Source of the DNA: the human T2T-CHM13v2.0 reference genome, Homo sapiens
Reading direction: 5' to 3' (one strand)
Length of the DNA stretch: 64,000 bases
Assembly: GCF_009914755.1 (NCBI RefSeq)
Contig: NC_060947.1
Shown here piece by piece: positions 48,921-62,080 of the stretch. The notes beneath the pieces were generated by a model. The model saw nothing but the letters and a program-made list of their open reading frames with translations. It was not told the DNA's origin and searched no databases. Both the position numbers and the translations under genes were made by a program. Within the stretch, counting starts at the first letter, position 1. Each line of letters opens with the position of its first letter.

Positions 48921-49115
48921 CATTTTAGCAATGTCTGGAAATATTTTTGTTTGTCACACTGGGGAGATGTTGTTACTAGAATCTAGTGGATAGAGGCCAT
49001 GAATGCTAGTAAAAATCCAACCATGCACAGGAGAGCCCCTCCCCCCACGACAAAGAATTATCCACCTCAAAATGTCAACAGCACTAAAATGTCAACAGTA
49101 CTCAAAATATTAAGT
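48921..49115 (+). mobile_element. MER20 hAT transposon, left end missing
   Basis: 'gcaatgtctggaaatatttttgtttgtcacactgggg...atctagtggatagaggcca...caaagaattatccacctcaaaatgtcaacag'. Confidence 0.85.
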
Positions 49116-49499
49116 AACTCTGTAAGTAATGGATAATAAAAGAAATATGCAAAGTTCAATAGTTTTCATATACACCAAAAATAACCAGCCAGAGGATGTG
49201 ATAGTAGAGAAAATCCTATTTTTATCAGCAAAATAATATATAGGAATAAACATAACAAGTGAATAAAACCTTAAAACACTTTGTTAATAGCTAGATTTAA
49301 TCATTTCACATTGTAAGTATACATCAAGACATCACATTGTACCCCATAAATTCATAAAATTATTTCTAAATTAAAAATTTAAAAAACACGTGTGAAAGAA
49401 AAGTAAACAAATGGAATGATACTAATTTATCTTGCATCAGACAACTCAACATCACAGACTTTATTTTTCTTGAAGTTAATTTATTAATTTAATGTGATC

Positions 49500-50025
49500 C
49501 TGGATAATCTCCTTATTTTAAGACCCTTAATTTAGTCAAACCTGCAACATCTCTTTTGTGCTTGTAAGGTAACACTCAGGCTTCACTGGTTAAGACATAG
49601 AAACCTTGAGGGGCCATTATTCAGCCTACCACAAAAGTGAACTTCCTTTTTGAAATCACTTTTGGTTTGTGTATTACCTGACAAGATATTCTCATGTTTT
49701 TTCTCACGTCAAGGCATACAACCTTACTGCACATCTTTGTTCCTTGTAGTTTGGTGGGACCATGTGACCAATCGTGAAGTGATGACACTTCCAACATGGA
49801 ACACTAAATTGCTGATGTGAGACCTTCTAGATATCTCTCTTTTGCTCTGCTATGAGATAGGTACCCTTAGGGATTGTAGCTTTCGTAACATTGACGACAG
49901 AGCCCTATTGTTGCCCTGGGATGCATAAATATTAGCAGTAGTAAATAAATCTTCAAGATTTTCAGGATCTCATATCTGGGAGTTGTTTCCTATTACAGCT
50001 TAACTTTACCTACCCTAATAATACA
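49500..50025. mobile_element. MLT1 LTR end (49500-49633) and LTR16-like ERVL LTR (49670-50025)
   Basis: 'gataatctccttattttaag...ggggccattattcagcctaccaca' and 'gaccatgtgacc...gagttgtttcctattacagc..taataca'. Confidence 0.55.
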
Positions 50026-52515
50026 ATACGCTTCATGCAGTTAGCCTCTACTTTATCACATTGATTATTACCTTCAAAGCATTTATTGTAATGTGAAATA
50101 ACTTACTCATTTGTTTTTTAACTTTTGTCTTGTTTAGCAGGTCAAATGAAATGTGGGGTAAGTGATGGTTTTGCTTCATGTTTTTATGTTTCATTTTGTT
50201 TAAAATTGGTGAAATTCTGGGAAGCCTGCATGGGATTGCTGAGCACTAGGTCTCATTCCTGGCCCTGAGTGGCTGCCCACTCTCACTATGAACCTCTGAA
50301 ACCATAGCTGCAGGAGACCCCATGGTCCCCATTGACATTGGAACTGGCAGGGAGAGCTGTTTGGAGAGTTGGCAGGGACAGGACTCCAGGCTGTGCAAAG
50401 CCCAGAAGGTTTGGTGTAGGAATGGCTGCAGTGGAGCACAGCCAGGGACGCCCATCCTCCAAGGCTTGCCATGCTCCTCTAGGGGGCTTTGGCTTTTGTT
50501 GACTATTGAACCTGAACAGAACAAGGATATCTTGCCTGTGGGACAGGGCCAATCCAATCTGAACATCCCTGTCAGGGTCTGTGTTGGACTGCACTCATTA
50601 GCAGTGCAGCTTCGGATACCCAACCCAGGTGCTCCTCAGGGGCTACTACCATAGCTCCTTCACTGGCAGACCCTGCCTGTCAGAGAGCTTCTGCAAATGT
50701 GCCCCTGCTGGCATGCGCCTATCCACTGCCTACCCCAACCGCATTGCCAGCCTTCACTTCCCTGCAGCCTTCCCCCATTGGTTTGCTGGTGCAGGCACAT
50801 GGGCCTCACTGGTCACTGCCACCAGCATGTGTGGACCTTGCTGAGGCCACACTACTCAGGCTGGTCCACATGTGCATACCCTGCTGCCCTGCCACCACTG
50901 GCATGTTCTACACACATATACCACCATGCTGCTGCTATTGGGGCATGTGCATGAATGTGGATCCTGCTGCCACCACTCTGATGAAGAACTTTTGCCAGCA
51001 CTCCCCATTGGAGTGTTTTTGCCAGCAGATGAAGAACACCTTGGTCTTTCCAGCACAGCAGGTGGTCAACCTTGAAGGACCAGAGAACAAAGCAACTGGC
51101 TTTGTCCCAACCCCCCAAAGTTAGAATATGAATCCCGGGAGTGCAGAGCTGAACCTTGGCCACCTGAAATGGTCCAGAAATGAAACCAGTCAACTGAACC
51201 CAACTTATACCACAGTCTTACCCTCTAGGGCATCAAATAATATAAACATATAAATATAAAGAATTTGTAAGAATATAAAACCATATCCAAAGGACAGTAA
51301 CTTCAAAGATTAAAGGAACAACAGCCTGCCAAGCTGAGAAAGAACCAGCGCAAGAAATCTGACAATTCAAAAAGCCAAAGTGTCTTATCTAGAAATGACT
51401 GCACTAGCTCCCCAGCAGTGGTTCTTAACCAGACTGAAATGGCAAGAATGATAGACAAAGAATTCAGAATTCAGATGGCAATGAAAATTATCGAAATCCA
51501 AGAGAAAGTTGAAACTTAATCCAAGGGAATATAAGGAATCCAGTAAAACGATGCAAGAGATGAAAGATGAAATAGCCATTTTTAAGAAAGAACCAAACAA
51601 ATCTGATAGAGCTAAAAAAACTCACTGCAAGGATTGCATAACCAATCAGAAGTATTAACAGAAGAATAGACCAAACTGACAAAAGAATTTTAGAGCTTGA
51701 AAATCAGTTCTTCAAATCAACACAGTCAGACAAAAATAAAGAAAAAGAAGTAAAAAAGAATGAACAAGACCTTCGAGAAATATGGGATCATGTAGAGACC
51801 AAACCTAAAACACATTGGTGACCTTGAAAGAGAGGGAGAGCAAGCAACTTGAACAACATTTTTGAGAACACTGCTCCTGATAATTGTCCCAACTTTGTTA
51901 GAAAGATTGACATTCAAATTCAGGAAATTTAGAGAACCCCTACAAGGTACTATAAAAGGTAATTATCCCCAAGCCACATAGTCACCAGATTCTCCAAAGT
52001 CAATGCAAAATATAAAACATTAAAGGCAGCTAGAGTGAAGGAGCAGGTCATCTACAAAGAAACCCCATTAAGCTGACAGCAGATCTTTCAGCAGAAACCC
52101 TTCAAGCCAGCAGAGATTGGGGGGCCTATATGCAGCCTTCTTAAGGAAAATAAATTCCAACCAAAAATTTCATATCCAGAAAAACTAAGCTTCAGAAGCA
52201 CAGGAGAAATAAAAGCATTTCAGAAAAGCAAATGCAAAGGGAATTCATCATTACCAGACCTGTTTAACAAGAGGTCCTCAAAGGGGTACTAAACATGGAA
52301 ACAAAAGTCCATTATGGGTCACAGCAAAAACACTCTTTAGTACATAGACCATTGACACTATGAAGCAACTATACAATCGTGTCTACATTACATCCAGCTA
52401 ACGACATGATGATAGGATCAAATCTGCCTATATCAGTATTAATCTTGGGCTAAAGATTAATGGGCTAAACACTCAACCTAAAAGGCACAGAATAGTGTGT
52501 TGGATAAAGAAGAAA

Positions 52516-52814
<299 letters not shown>

Positions 52815-55219
52815 GTAAGAACCAACAGTATGCTGTCTTCAGAAATCTATCTCACATGCAATGACATTCATAAGTTCAAAGTAAAGGTACGGAGAAAGAT
52901 CTATCAAGTAAATGAAAAACAAAAAAGATCAAGGGTCGCTCTTCCCATTTCAGATGAAATAGACTTTAAACCAACAAATATCAAAAAAGACAAAGAAGGT
53001 CATTACATAATGGTAAAAAGTTCAATTCAACAAGAAGATGTAACTATACTAAACATATAGGCACTCAACACAGGAGTACCCAGATTCATAAAACAATTTA
53101 TTAGGAACCTATGAAAAGATTTAGATAACCACACAATAACAGTGGAAGACATCAACGCTCCACTGACAGTATTAGACAGATCATGAAGGCAGAAAACTAA
53201 CAAAGATATTTGGGACCTGAACTCAACACTTGACCAAATGGATCTAACAGACATCTACAGTATGCTCCACCCTAAAACAACAGCATATACACTCTTACCA
53301 TCTGCACATGGCACAGCCTCTAAAATTGACCACACGATCAGCCATAAGACAATTCTCAGCAAATTCACAAAAACCAAAATCATACCAACCACACTCTTTG
53401 ACTACAGTGCTATAAAAATGGAAATCAATACTAAGGAGATTACTTAAACCCATACAATTACATGGAGGTTAAACAACCTGTTCCTGAATGTCTTTTGGGT
53501 AAACAATGAAATTAAGATAGAAATCAAGAAATTCTTTGAAACTAATATACAATATATATTCTTTGAAACAAAGATACAAAATACCAGAATCTCCGGGACA
53601 TAGCTACAGCAGTGTTAAGAGGGAAAATTATAGTGATAAATGCCCCCATCAAAAAGTTAGAAAAATCTCAAATTAACACACTAATGTTACACTTAGAGAA
53701 ACTAGAAAAATAAGAGAAAACAAACACCAAAGCTATTAGCAGGAAAAAATTAACCAAAATCAGAGCTCAACAGAATAAAATTGAGATGCAAAAGATCAGT
53801 GAAACCAAATGTTGGTTCCTTGAAAGAATAGATAAGATAGACTACTAGTTAGACTAATAAAGAAATAAAGAGAGAAAATCCAAATAAACACAATCAGGAA
53901 TGACAAGGGGGACATTACCACTGATACCACAGAAATAAAAAACATTCTCAGAAGTTGTTACAAATACCTCTACGCACATAAACTAGAAAACCTAGAAGAA
54001 ATGGATAAATTCCTGGAAACTTATAACCTTCCAAGAATGAACTAGGAAGAAATTGAAACCATAAACAGACCAATAATGAGTTCTGAAATTGAATCAGTAA
54101 TAAAAAACCTACCAACTAGTAGAAGGCCTGAACCAGATGGATTCATAGCCAAATTTTACCAGACATATAAATAAGAGCTGGTACCAATTCTACTGAAATT
54201 TTTCCAAAATTTGAGGAAGAGTGGATCCTCCTTAACTCATTCCATGAGGCCAATATCATTCTTAGATCAAAATCTGGCAGGGACACAAGAAAGAAAACTT
54301 CAGGCAAATGTCTCTGATGAACATAGATGCAAAAATCCTCAACAAAATACTAGCACAATAAATCCAAAAGCACATGGGAAAGCTAATCCCTCATGATCAA
54401 GCAGGCATTATTCCTGGGATGCAGAGTTGGTTCAACATATACAAATCAATAAATGTGATTCATCACATAAACAGAACAGAAAACAAAAACTACGTGACCA
54501 TCTCAATAGATGCAGAAAAGACTTGATAAAATTCAACATTCATTCATGTTAAAAGCCCTCAACAAACTAGGCATTGGAAGAACATACCTCAAAATAATTA
54601 AGCCACCTATGGGAAACCCTCAGCCAACATCATAATGAATGGGCAAAAGCTGGAAGCAATCCCCTTGAGGACCAGAACAATACAAGGATGCTCACTCTCA
54701 CTATACCTATGCAACATGGTACTTGAAGTCCTGGCAAGAGCTATCAGGCAAAAGAAAGAAATAAAAGGCATCCAAATAGGAAGACAGGAAGTCAAACGAT
54801 CTCTCTTTGCAGACCATATGATTCTATACCCAGGAAACCTCATAGTCTCTACCTAAAGACTCATATATTTGATAAACTTTGGCAAAATTTCAGGATACAA
54901 AATCAATGTACAAAAAAATCAGTAACCAATAACATCCAAGGTTAGGGCCAAATCAAGAACACAATCGCATTCACAAAGCCACAGAAATATAAAATATCTA
55001 GGAATACAGCTAACCAGGGAAGTGGAAGATCTCTACAAGAAGAATTACAAAACATTTCTCAAAGAAATCCCAGATGACAAGCAAATGGAAAACATTCCAT
55101 GCTTATGGATAAGAAGAATCAATATTGTTAAAATGGTCATACTGGCTAAAGCAATTTACAGGTTCACTGCTGTTCCTATCAAAGTACCCATGTCATTTTT
55201 CACAAAATTAGGGAAAAAA

Positions 55220-55520
<301 letters not shown>

Positions 55521-55883
55521 TAACTAATTAATTAAATTTATATTTAAATTCTAACAATTCCATATTTTATATACTCCCTGAACTCCATCCCCAGATTCAA
55601 GTAAAATGGTGCCGATACTTATCTTGGAGGGTATTTGTGCATGTTAGTTATGTGTGTACAGGGCCTGGTTTCTAGCTGTCCTTCAACAAGAATTCTCTGA
55701 GCAACTGCTGTGTGCTTTGTTGCTATTTTCAGTGCCAAGAATACAATAGCAAACAACATTCACAAATATCTAATATCATAGAATTTTCCAGGAAATGTAT
55801 AGCCCACTAGAGGGTAGTAGGTACTGCATAGAAAGATCGGTCAGGAGGAATGATATGTGAAAAGAATTGTTACTGTATTCAAG

Positions 55884-56378
55884 TGCTGAGACCAGCTCGG
55901 TTGGGGAGACCCTGACCCATCAGCACTAGAGGAATTAAAGACACACACACACACAGAAATATAGAGGTGTGAAGTGGGAAATCAGGGGTCTCACAGCCTT
56001 CAGAGCTGAGAGCCCCAAACAGACATTTACCCACATATTTATTAACAGCAAACCAGTCATTAGCATTGTTTCTATAGATATTAAATTAACTAAAAGTATC
56101 CCTTAAGGGAAACGAAGGGATGGGCCGAATTAATTGCAGCAGGAACATGCCCTTAAGACACAGATTGCTCATGCTTTTGTTTGTGGCTTAAGAATGCCTT
56201 TAAGCGGTTTTCTGCCCTGGGCAGGCCAGGTGTTCCTTGCCCTCATTCCCGTAAACCCACAACCTTCCAGCTTGGGCGTTAGGGCCATTATGGACATATC
56301 ACAGTGCTGCAGAGATTTTATTTGTGGCCAGTTTTGGGGCCAGTTTATGGCCAGACTTTGGGGGGCTTGCTCCCAGCA
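55884..56378 (-). mobile_element. MER9a (HERV-K HML-3) solo LTR
   Basis: The reverse complement starts 'tgctgggagcaagcccccca..tctggccataaactggccccaaaactggcc', with TG...CA ends. The 6-bp TSD TTCAAG (55878-55883 and 56379-56384) is typical of ERVK. It sits in an L2 fragment. Confidence 0.93.
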
Positions 56379-56504
56379 TTCAAGTATATCAGGGAAGGCC
56401 TCCCTGAAAACATGATTGTTGATCAGACCTGGAGGAAGTGAGGAAGCAGGCCTTGCAATTACCTAGAAAAAGAACATTCCAAGCAGAAGGAACAGTAGGT
56501 GCCC

Positions 56505-58894
56505 TGATATGGTTTGGCTGTATCGTCACCCAAATCTCATCTTGAATTGTAGCTCCCATAATCCCCACGTATTGTGGGAGGGACCTGGTGTGAAGTAATT
56601 GAATCATGGAGGTAGGTTTTCCCGTGCTGTTCTCGTGATAGTGAATAAGTCTCATGAGACCTGATGGTTTTGTAAAGGGCAGTTCCTGTGCACACACTCT
56701 CTTGTCTGCCACCATGTAAGATGTGCCTTTGCTCCTCCTTTGCCTCCCCACCATGATTGTAAGGCCTTCCCAGCCATGTGCAACTGTGAGTCCATTAAAC
56801 CTCTTTTTCTTTATAAAGTACCTAGTCTCCGGTATTTCTTCATAACAGTATGAAAAGGGGCTAATACAGTAAATTGGTACTGGTAGAGTAGGGTACTGCA
56901 ATAAGCATACCCAAAAATGTGGAAGCAACTTTGGAACTGGGTAATAGACAGGGGTTGGAACAGTTTGGAGGGCTCAGAAGAAGATAGGAAAATGTGGAAA
57001 AGTTTGGAGCTTCCTAGAGACTTGGAGGGCTCAGAAGACAGGAAGATGTGGGAAACTTTGGAACTTCCTAGAGACATGTTGAATGGCTTTGACCAAAATG
57101 CTGGTAGTAATATGGACCATAAAATCCAGGCTGTGGTGGCCTCAGATGGAGATGAGGAATTTATTGGGAAGTGGAACAAAGGTGATTCTTGCTATGCTTT
57201 AGCAAAGAGACTGGTGGCATTTTGCCCCTGCCCTAGATATCTGTGAAACTTTGAACTTGAGAGAAATGATTTAAGGTATCTGGCAGAAGAAATTTCTAAG
57301 CAGCAAAGCATTCAATAGGTGACTTGGGTGCTCTTAAAACCATTCAATTTTATTCATTCACAAGGGTGTAGTTTGGAGTTAAAACTTATGCTTAAAAGGG
57401 AAGCAGAGCGTAAAAGTTCGGAAAATTTGCAGCCTGATGATGCAATAAAAAAGAAAAACCCATTTTATGAGGAGAAATTCAAGTGGGCTGCAGAAATTTG
57501 GAAAAGTAATGAAGAGCCAAATGTCAATTGTCAAGACTATGGGGAAAATGTCTCCCGGGCATGTCAGAGGTCTTCATGGCAGCCCCTTCCATCAGAGACC
57601 TGGAAGCCTAGGAGGAAAAAATGGTTTCATGGGCTGAGCCCAGGGCCTTGCTGCTTTCTGCAGTCTTGGGACTTGGTGCCCTGTGTCTCAGCTGTGGCTA
57701 AAAAGAGCCAAAGTACAGCTCAGGATAGTGTTTCAGAGGGTGCAAGCCCCAAGCCTTGGTGGCTTACACATGGTGTTAAGCTTTCAGGTGCACAGAAGTC
57801 AAGAATTGAGGTTTGGGAACCTCAGCCTAGATTTCAGAGGATTTATGGGAATGCTTGAATGTCCGGGTAGAGGTGTGCTGCAGGGGCAGAGCCCTTATGG
57901 AGAACATCTTCTAGGGCAGTGTGGAAGGGAAATGTGGAGTGGGACCCCCCAACCGAGTCCCCACTGGGGCACTGCCTAGTGGAGACGTGAGAGGAGGACC
58001 ACCGTCCTCCAGATCCCAGAAAGGTAGATCCAACAACAGCTTCTGCCGTGCACCTGGAAAAGCTGCAGACACTCAATGCCAGCCCATGAAAGCAGCCAGA
58101 AAGGGGCTGTACCCTGCAAAGCCACAGGTTCAGAGCTGCCCAAGTTTGTGGGAACTCACCTCTTACATCAGTGTGACCTGGATGTGAGACATGAAGTCAA
58201 AGGAGATCATTTTGGAGCTTTAAGATTGGACTACCCCACTAGATTTGGGACTTGCATGGGGCCTGTAGCCTGTTCATTTTGGCCAGTTTCTCCCACTTGA
58301 AATGGGTGTATTTACACAATGCCTGTACCCCCATTGTTTCTAGAAAGTAACTAACTTGCTTTTAATTTTACAGGCTCATAGGTGGAAGGGACTTACCTGG
58401 TCTCAGGTAAGACTGAACTGTGGACTTTGGAGCTAATGCTGAAATGAGTTAAGACTTTGGGGGACTGTTGGGAAGCCATGACTGGTTTTGTAATGTGAGG
58501 ACATGAGATCTGGAAGGGGCCAGGGGTGAAATTATATGGTCTTGCTGTGTCTCCACCCAAATCTCATCTTGAATTGTAGCTCCCATAATCCCCATGTGTC
58601 ATGGGAGGAACCCGATAGAAGGTAATTAAATCATGGGGGTGGTTTTTCTCATGCTGTTCTCATGATAGTAAATAAGTCTCATGACATCTGATGGCTTTAT
58701 AAAAGGCAATTCCCCTGCACATGTTCTCTTGCCAGCCACCATGTAAGACATGCCTTTGTTCCTCCTTCACCTTCTGCCATGATTGTGTGGCCTCCCCAGC
58801 CATGTGGAATTGTGAGTTCATTAAACCTCTTTTTCTTTATAAATTATGCAGTCTCAGGTATTTCTTCATAGCAGTATAAAAATGGACTAATACA
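56505..58894 (+). mobile_element. Full-length THE1C-like MaLR provirus (LTR 56505-56868, internal 56869-58531, LTR 58532-58894)
   Basis: Two homologous ~363-bp LTRs, THE1-int start 'gtaaattggtac' and a purine tract before the 3' LTR. 5-bp TSD TGCCC at 56500-56504 and 58895-58899. Confidence 0.96.
56917..58300 (+). pseudogene. Decayed MaLR internal ORF
   Basis: ORFs 56917-57246 and 57319-57858 share a frame and are split by point stops. ORFs 57921-58187 and 58076-58300 continue after frameshifts. Confidence 0.75.
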
Positions 58895-59528
58895 TGCCCT
58901 GAGAAGAAAACTTGGTGTGTTTCTGAAATTTGACTCCTGTAATATTGGTAAACCCCTCATCATCCCAGGTTTTGGTACATAGCATTCATTGAAAGCCACC
59001 TAGCAATAGTAACTCTATTTCTCCCACAACCTGTGAGAGAGGTGGGTTTATTTCCATTGTATAAATGAAAAACCTGAGACTCTGAGAATTTCCCTGAGCC
59101 TCTTTTCCTGTTCACACCTGGAATTCCTAAAGGAGGAACAAAATCTTCATTATGAGAGACAGAAGATTTGAACATTACAGCTAGAGGGTAGACACCATGC
59201 ACAATGGATGTCAGCTAACCAGTCAGTATAAATGAAAAGTTATAATAGAGTAACCATGATCATCATAACATTTCTACTTTTGGTGAAAGGAAGGACATTA
59301 GGAATGAGAAAGGCATTGGGATATGGGAGAAAGGCAGAAAGGGGAAGCTGGGGACAATGGGAAAAAAAACACTGATTGGGAAGGAATCCAGTGGACATTT
59401 GCAATGCTGATAATAGTCCACTGCTCAATCTCCAAGTATAATTGTACACTTGTTCATGTGTCTTCCCAGTTCTGCCTGATTTTGCTCACGTATTTTAAAT
59501 TTCTGTGTTTGAATGTAGTATAAAATAG

Positions 59529-59911
59529 TGTTAATTATAGTTGGCCTGATTCTGCTATCCTAGAAAAGGCCAGTTTGCAAAGTTGGCCCTTGCCAGAAAT
59601 CTAAAAACTTGGATATTGAGAGTATTTTCATTATTTCTTAATTGATAAAAGTGGTTTACTGTGCCTCATCTATTTGTGTAAACAATAGAATCAGTCCCCA
59701 GTATCCATGGGCTCTATCTCCTTTGGATTCAACAAACGGCAGATTGAAAATATTTTTTTAAAAAGGATGGCTGCATCTGTTTCAAACATGTACAAACATT
59801 TTTCTTGTCATTATTTCCTAAACAATACAGTATAACAACTGTTTCCATAGTATTTACATTGTATTGGGTAGTATAAGTAATCTAGAAATGATTTAAAGTA
59901 TATGAGAGAGG
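59529..59911 (+). mobile_element. MER21-like LTR fragment (59529-59688) followed by MER2 (Tigger-type) fragment (59690-59911)
   Basis: 'tttgcaaagttggcccttg...gataaaagtggtttactgtgcct' and 'gtatccatgggctct...ggattcaac...tttttcttgtcattatttcctaaacaatacagtataacaact'. Confidence 0.75.
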
Positions 59912-62080
59912 AAGGGCTTCAAGATGGCTGAATAGAAGAATTTCTTGCTCACCTCCCTCCTTCGCTTAGAAGAACCAAAATAGTGTATAGACAATCACAT
60001 TTCAAATACATTATCCAATAGAGAACACTGAAATTCAACAGAAAAGTGACAGAAAGCAAGAAAAGAGAAGGAAGAGAGGCAGTCTGCTTGACTGAGATTG
60101 GCTGGGAACTGGGAGTGACTTCCTTACATGGGGAAAAGGTAAGTGAGAGACATGCAGCGGCCCACATCCCCACCATAGAATCTGCAATCCTGATCACTTG
60201 AAGAGCCCCTCGATCCTCCAAGCACTGAAATTAACATAAGGAGCTGGCAGGAGATGATGAGACAAAACTGCTACAGGGAGGGAGCCTGCACTGGGTCCCA
60301 AACCCTTTCTGAGAACTAAATGGCTACTTTAGTTAGCACGGTGCCATTTGAAATCCCAGCCTTTAACAGAGTATGCCAGGACTGAGGCATTAGTGAAGCT
60401 TGGGCAGTTGTTGCTGGAGCTGGGGAGCAAGATGGAAACAGGCTCCCACGGCTGGGGCTTAGAAGCAAGCAAGGCGTGGGCTGCAGCTGTCAGTGTTGGG
60501 AATTGAACACTACTAGTATTGAGACTGAGAGGTGAAAGGGGGTGCAAGTTGCCATTGGGACTTAGTTTCAAGCTGGGTGAGGGACTCCTGCAGCTAGGGC
60601 TAGGGTGAGACTTAGGTGTGGGCTACCACCACCAGGATCAAGGGGTGAGGCTTGCTGGAGCTGGAGCATGAGAGGGACATGCATTTCCCACCTACTAGCC
60701 CAGGCCGTGGCCACTGAGGTGAGCCCCACCTTGTCCAGTGGCAGGGCCTCAGCTCAGCTCAGCTACTAACCACCTCTCTCCTGAGCATTCCACCTGGAGT
60801 CTGAGGATTAGCTGTCCCTGCTCACCACAGCTGGTGCCTACTGTCACCATTGGAGGGCCTGAGTACAAGCCCACTCAGCCCGGCTTTACACACTCCCTCC
60901 AAGACCCCAGGCATATAACCTGGGGTCATGCGGATTGCCCAACCCAATCCATCACATCGAACACTTGAACACTCTTCCCAGGTGCCTGAGATTGAGCAAA
61001 AACTCCTGGCCACTGCCACCACAGTTAGCTTCTGCCTGCAAGCACCATCTTCAGGCCTGGAGACTGACCCATCCAAGCCATTGCAGCCGCTGCCAACATC
61101 AATGCATACTGCTCCGGACCCAGAAAATTATCCCACCATTGCTAGTACCATTGCCCATGTCACTCCAGTTGCCTAGGGGCTCAAGAATGCACCCAACCAC
61201 CTGGTTCACCATTGCTACTACTGGTATGTAAACAAGCCACCTGGACGCCCAAAAATTGGCCTGCTGGTAACCACCAACACATGCCAGTGTACACTGCCCT
61301 GGGGCACAAAGATAGGCACATTCAGCCCACTGCTGCCACTACTGGGGCCTGAGGACTTACTCACCCAGTGTCCGAGTCCCAAGCACAACTTCATTCCTGC
61401 CTGTACTAATAACTACACCTAACCCACCAAGTAAATCATAGATACTACTAATGCTGTTTACAGCCAAAGAAATCATACAGAGACTACACTACTGTATACA
61501 CCCAGAATCAAAGTCAAAATGCCCTACTCAATCAACACCATAAATACATAGTCAGGAAAACCTCCTCCCCTTCAAAAGTAAATTCAAAAATAGGAAGAAG
61601 CAACTGTTACACTAGATGCTCAGATATCAATATAAAGACACAAGAAACATGAAAGGCCAAAGAAATATGTTACTTCCAAAGGAACACAATAATTCTCCAG
61701 CAATAGACCTTAATCAAAAAGAAAATCTCAAAATCCCAGAGGAAGAATTCAAAATATTGATTTTAAAGAGGCTCAGTGAAATACAAGAGAATTCTGAAAA
61801 ACAATACAAAGAATCAGAAAAACAATTCAAGATATGAATGACAAATTTACCAAAATGATAGCTATTTTTTAAAAAAACAAAATAGAAATCCTGGTACAGA
61901 AGAATTTATTGAAGAAAGTACAAAACATTTGAAAGCTTCAACAATATGTTAGATCAAACAGAAGAGATAATCTCAGAACTTGAAGACAGGTATTTAAAAA
62001 TAATCCAGTCAGAAAAAAAACTAAAGAAAAAAAGAATTAAAAAAATAGCAAAGCCTTCATGACATTTGAAATAACATAAC
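59912..62080 (+). mobile_element. L1MA/L1M1-type 5'UTR and 5' half of ORF1
   Basis: Starts 'ttcaagatggctgaatag', followed by a repetitive 5'UTR. The ORF at 61616 reads ...KDTRNMK..PKEHNNSPAIDLNQKE...EFKILILKRLSEIQEN. Confidence 0.85.

Noticed and set aside
50200-51200. Dense overlapping 90-140-aa ORFs (also 59949-61231)
   Set aside because: GC-rich, repetitive L1 5'UTR sequence that is naturally poor in stop codons.
56965-57075. ~55-bp tandem duplication in THE1 internal region
   Set aside because: I recall it from other THE1-int copies, so it is probably a subfamily trait. This needs checking against the Dfam consensus.
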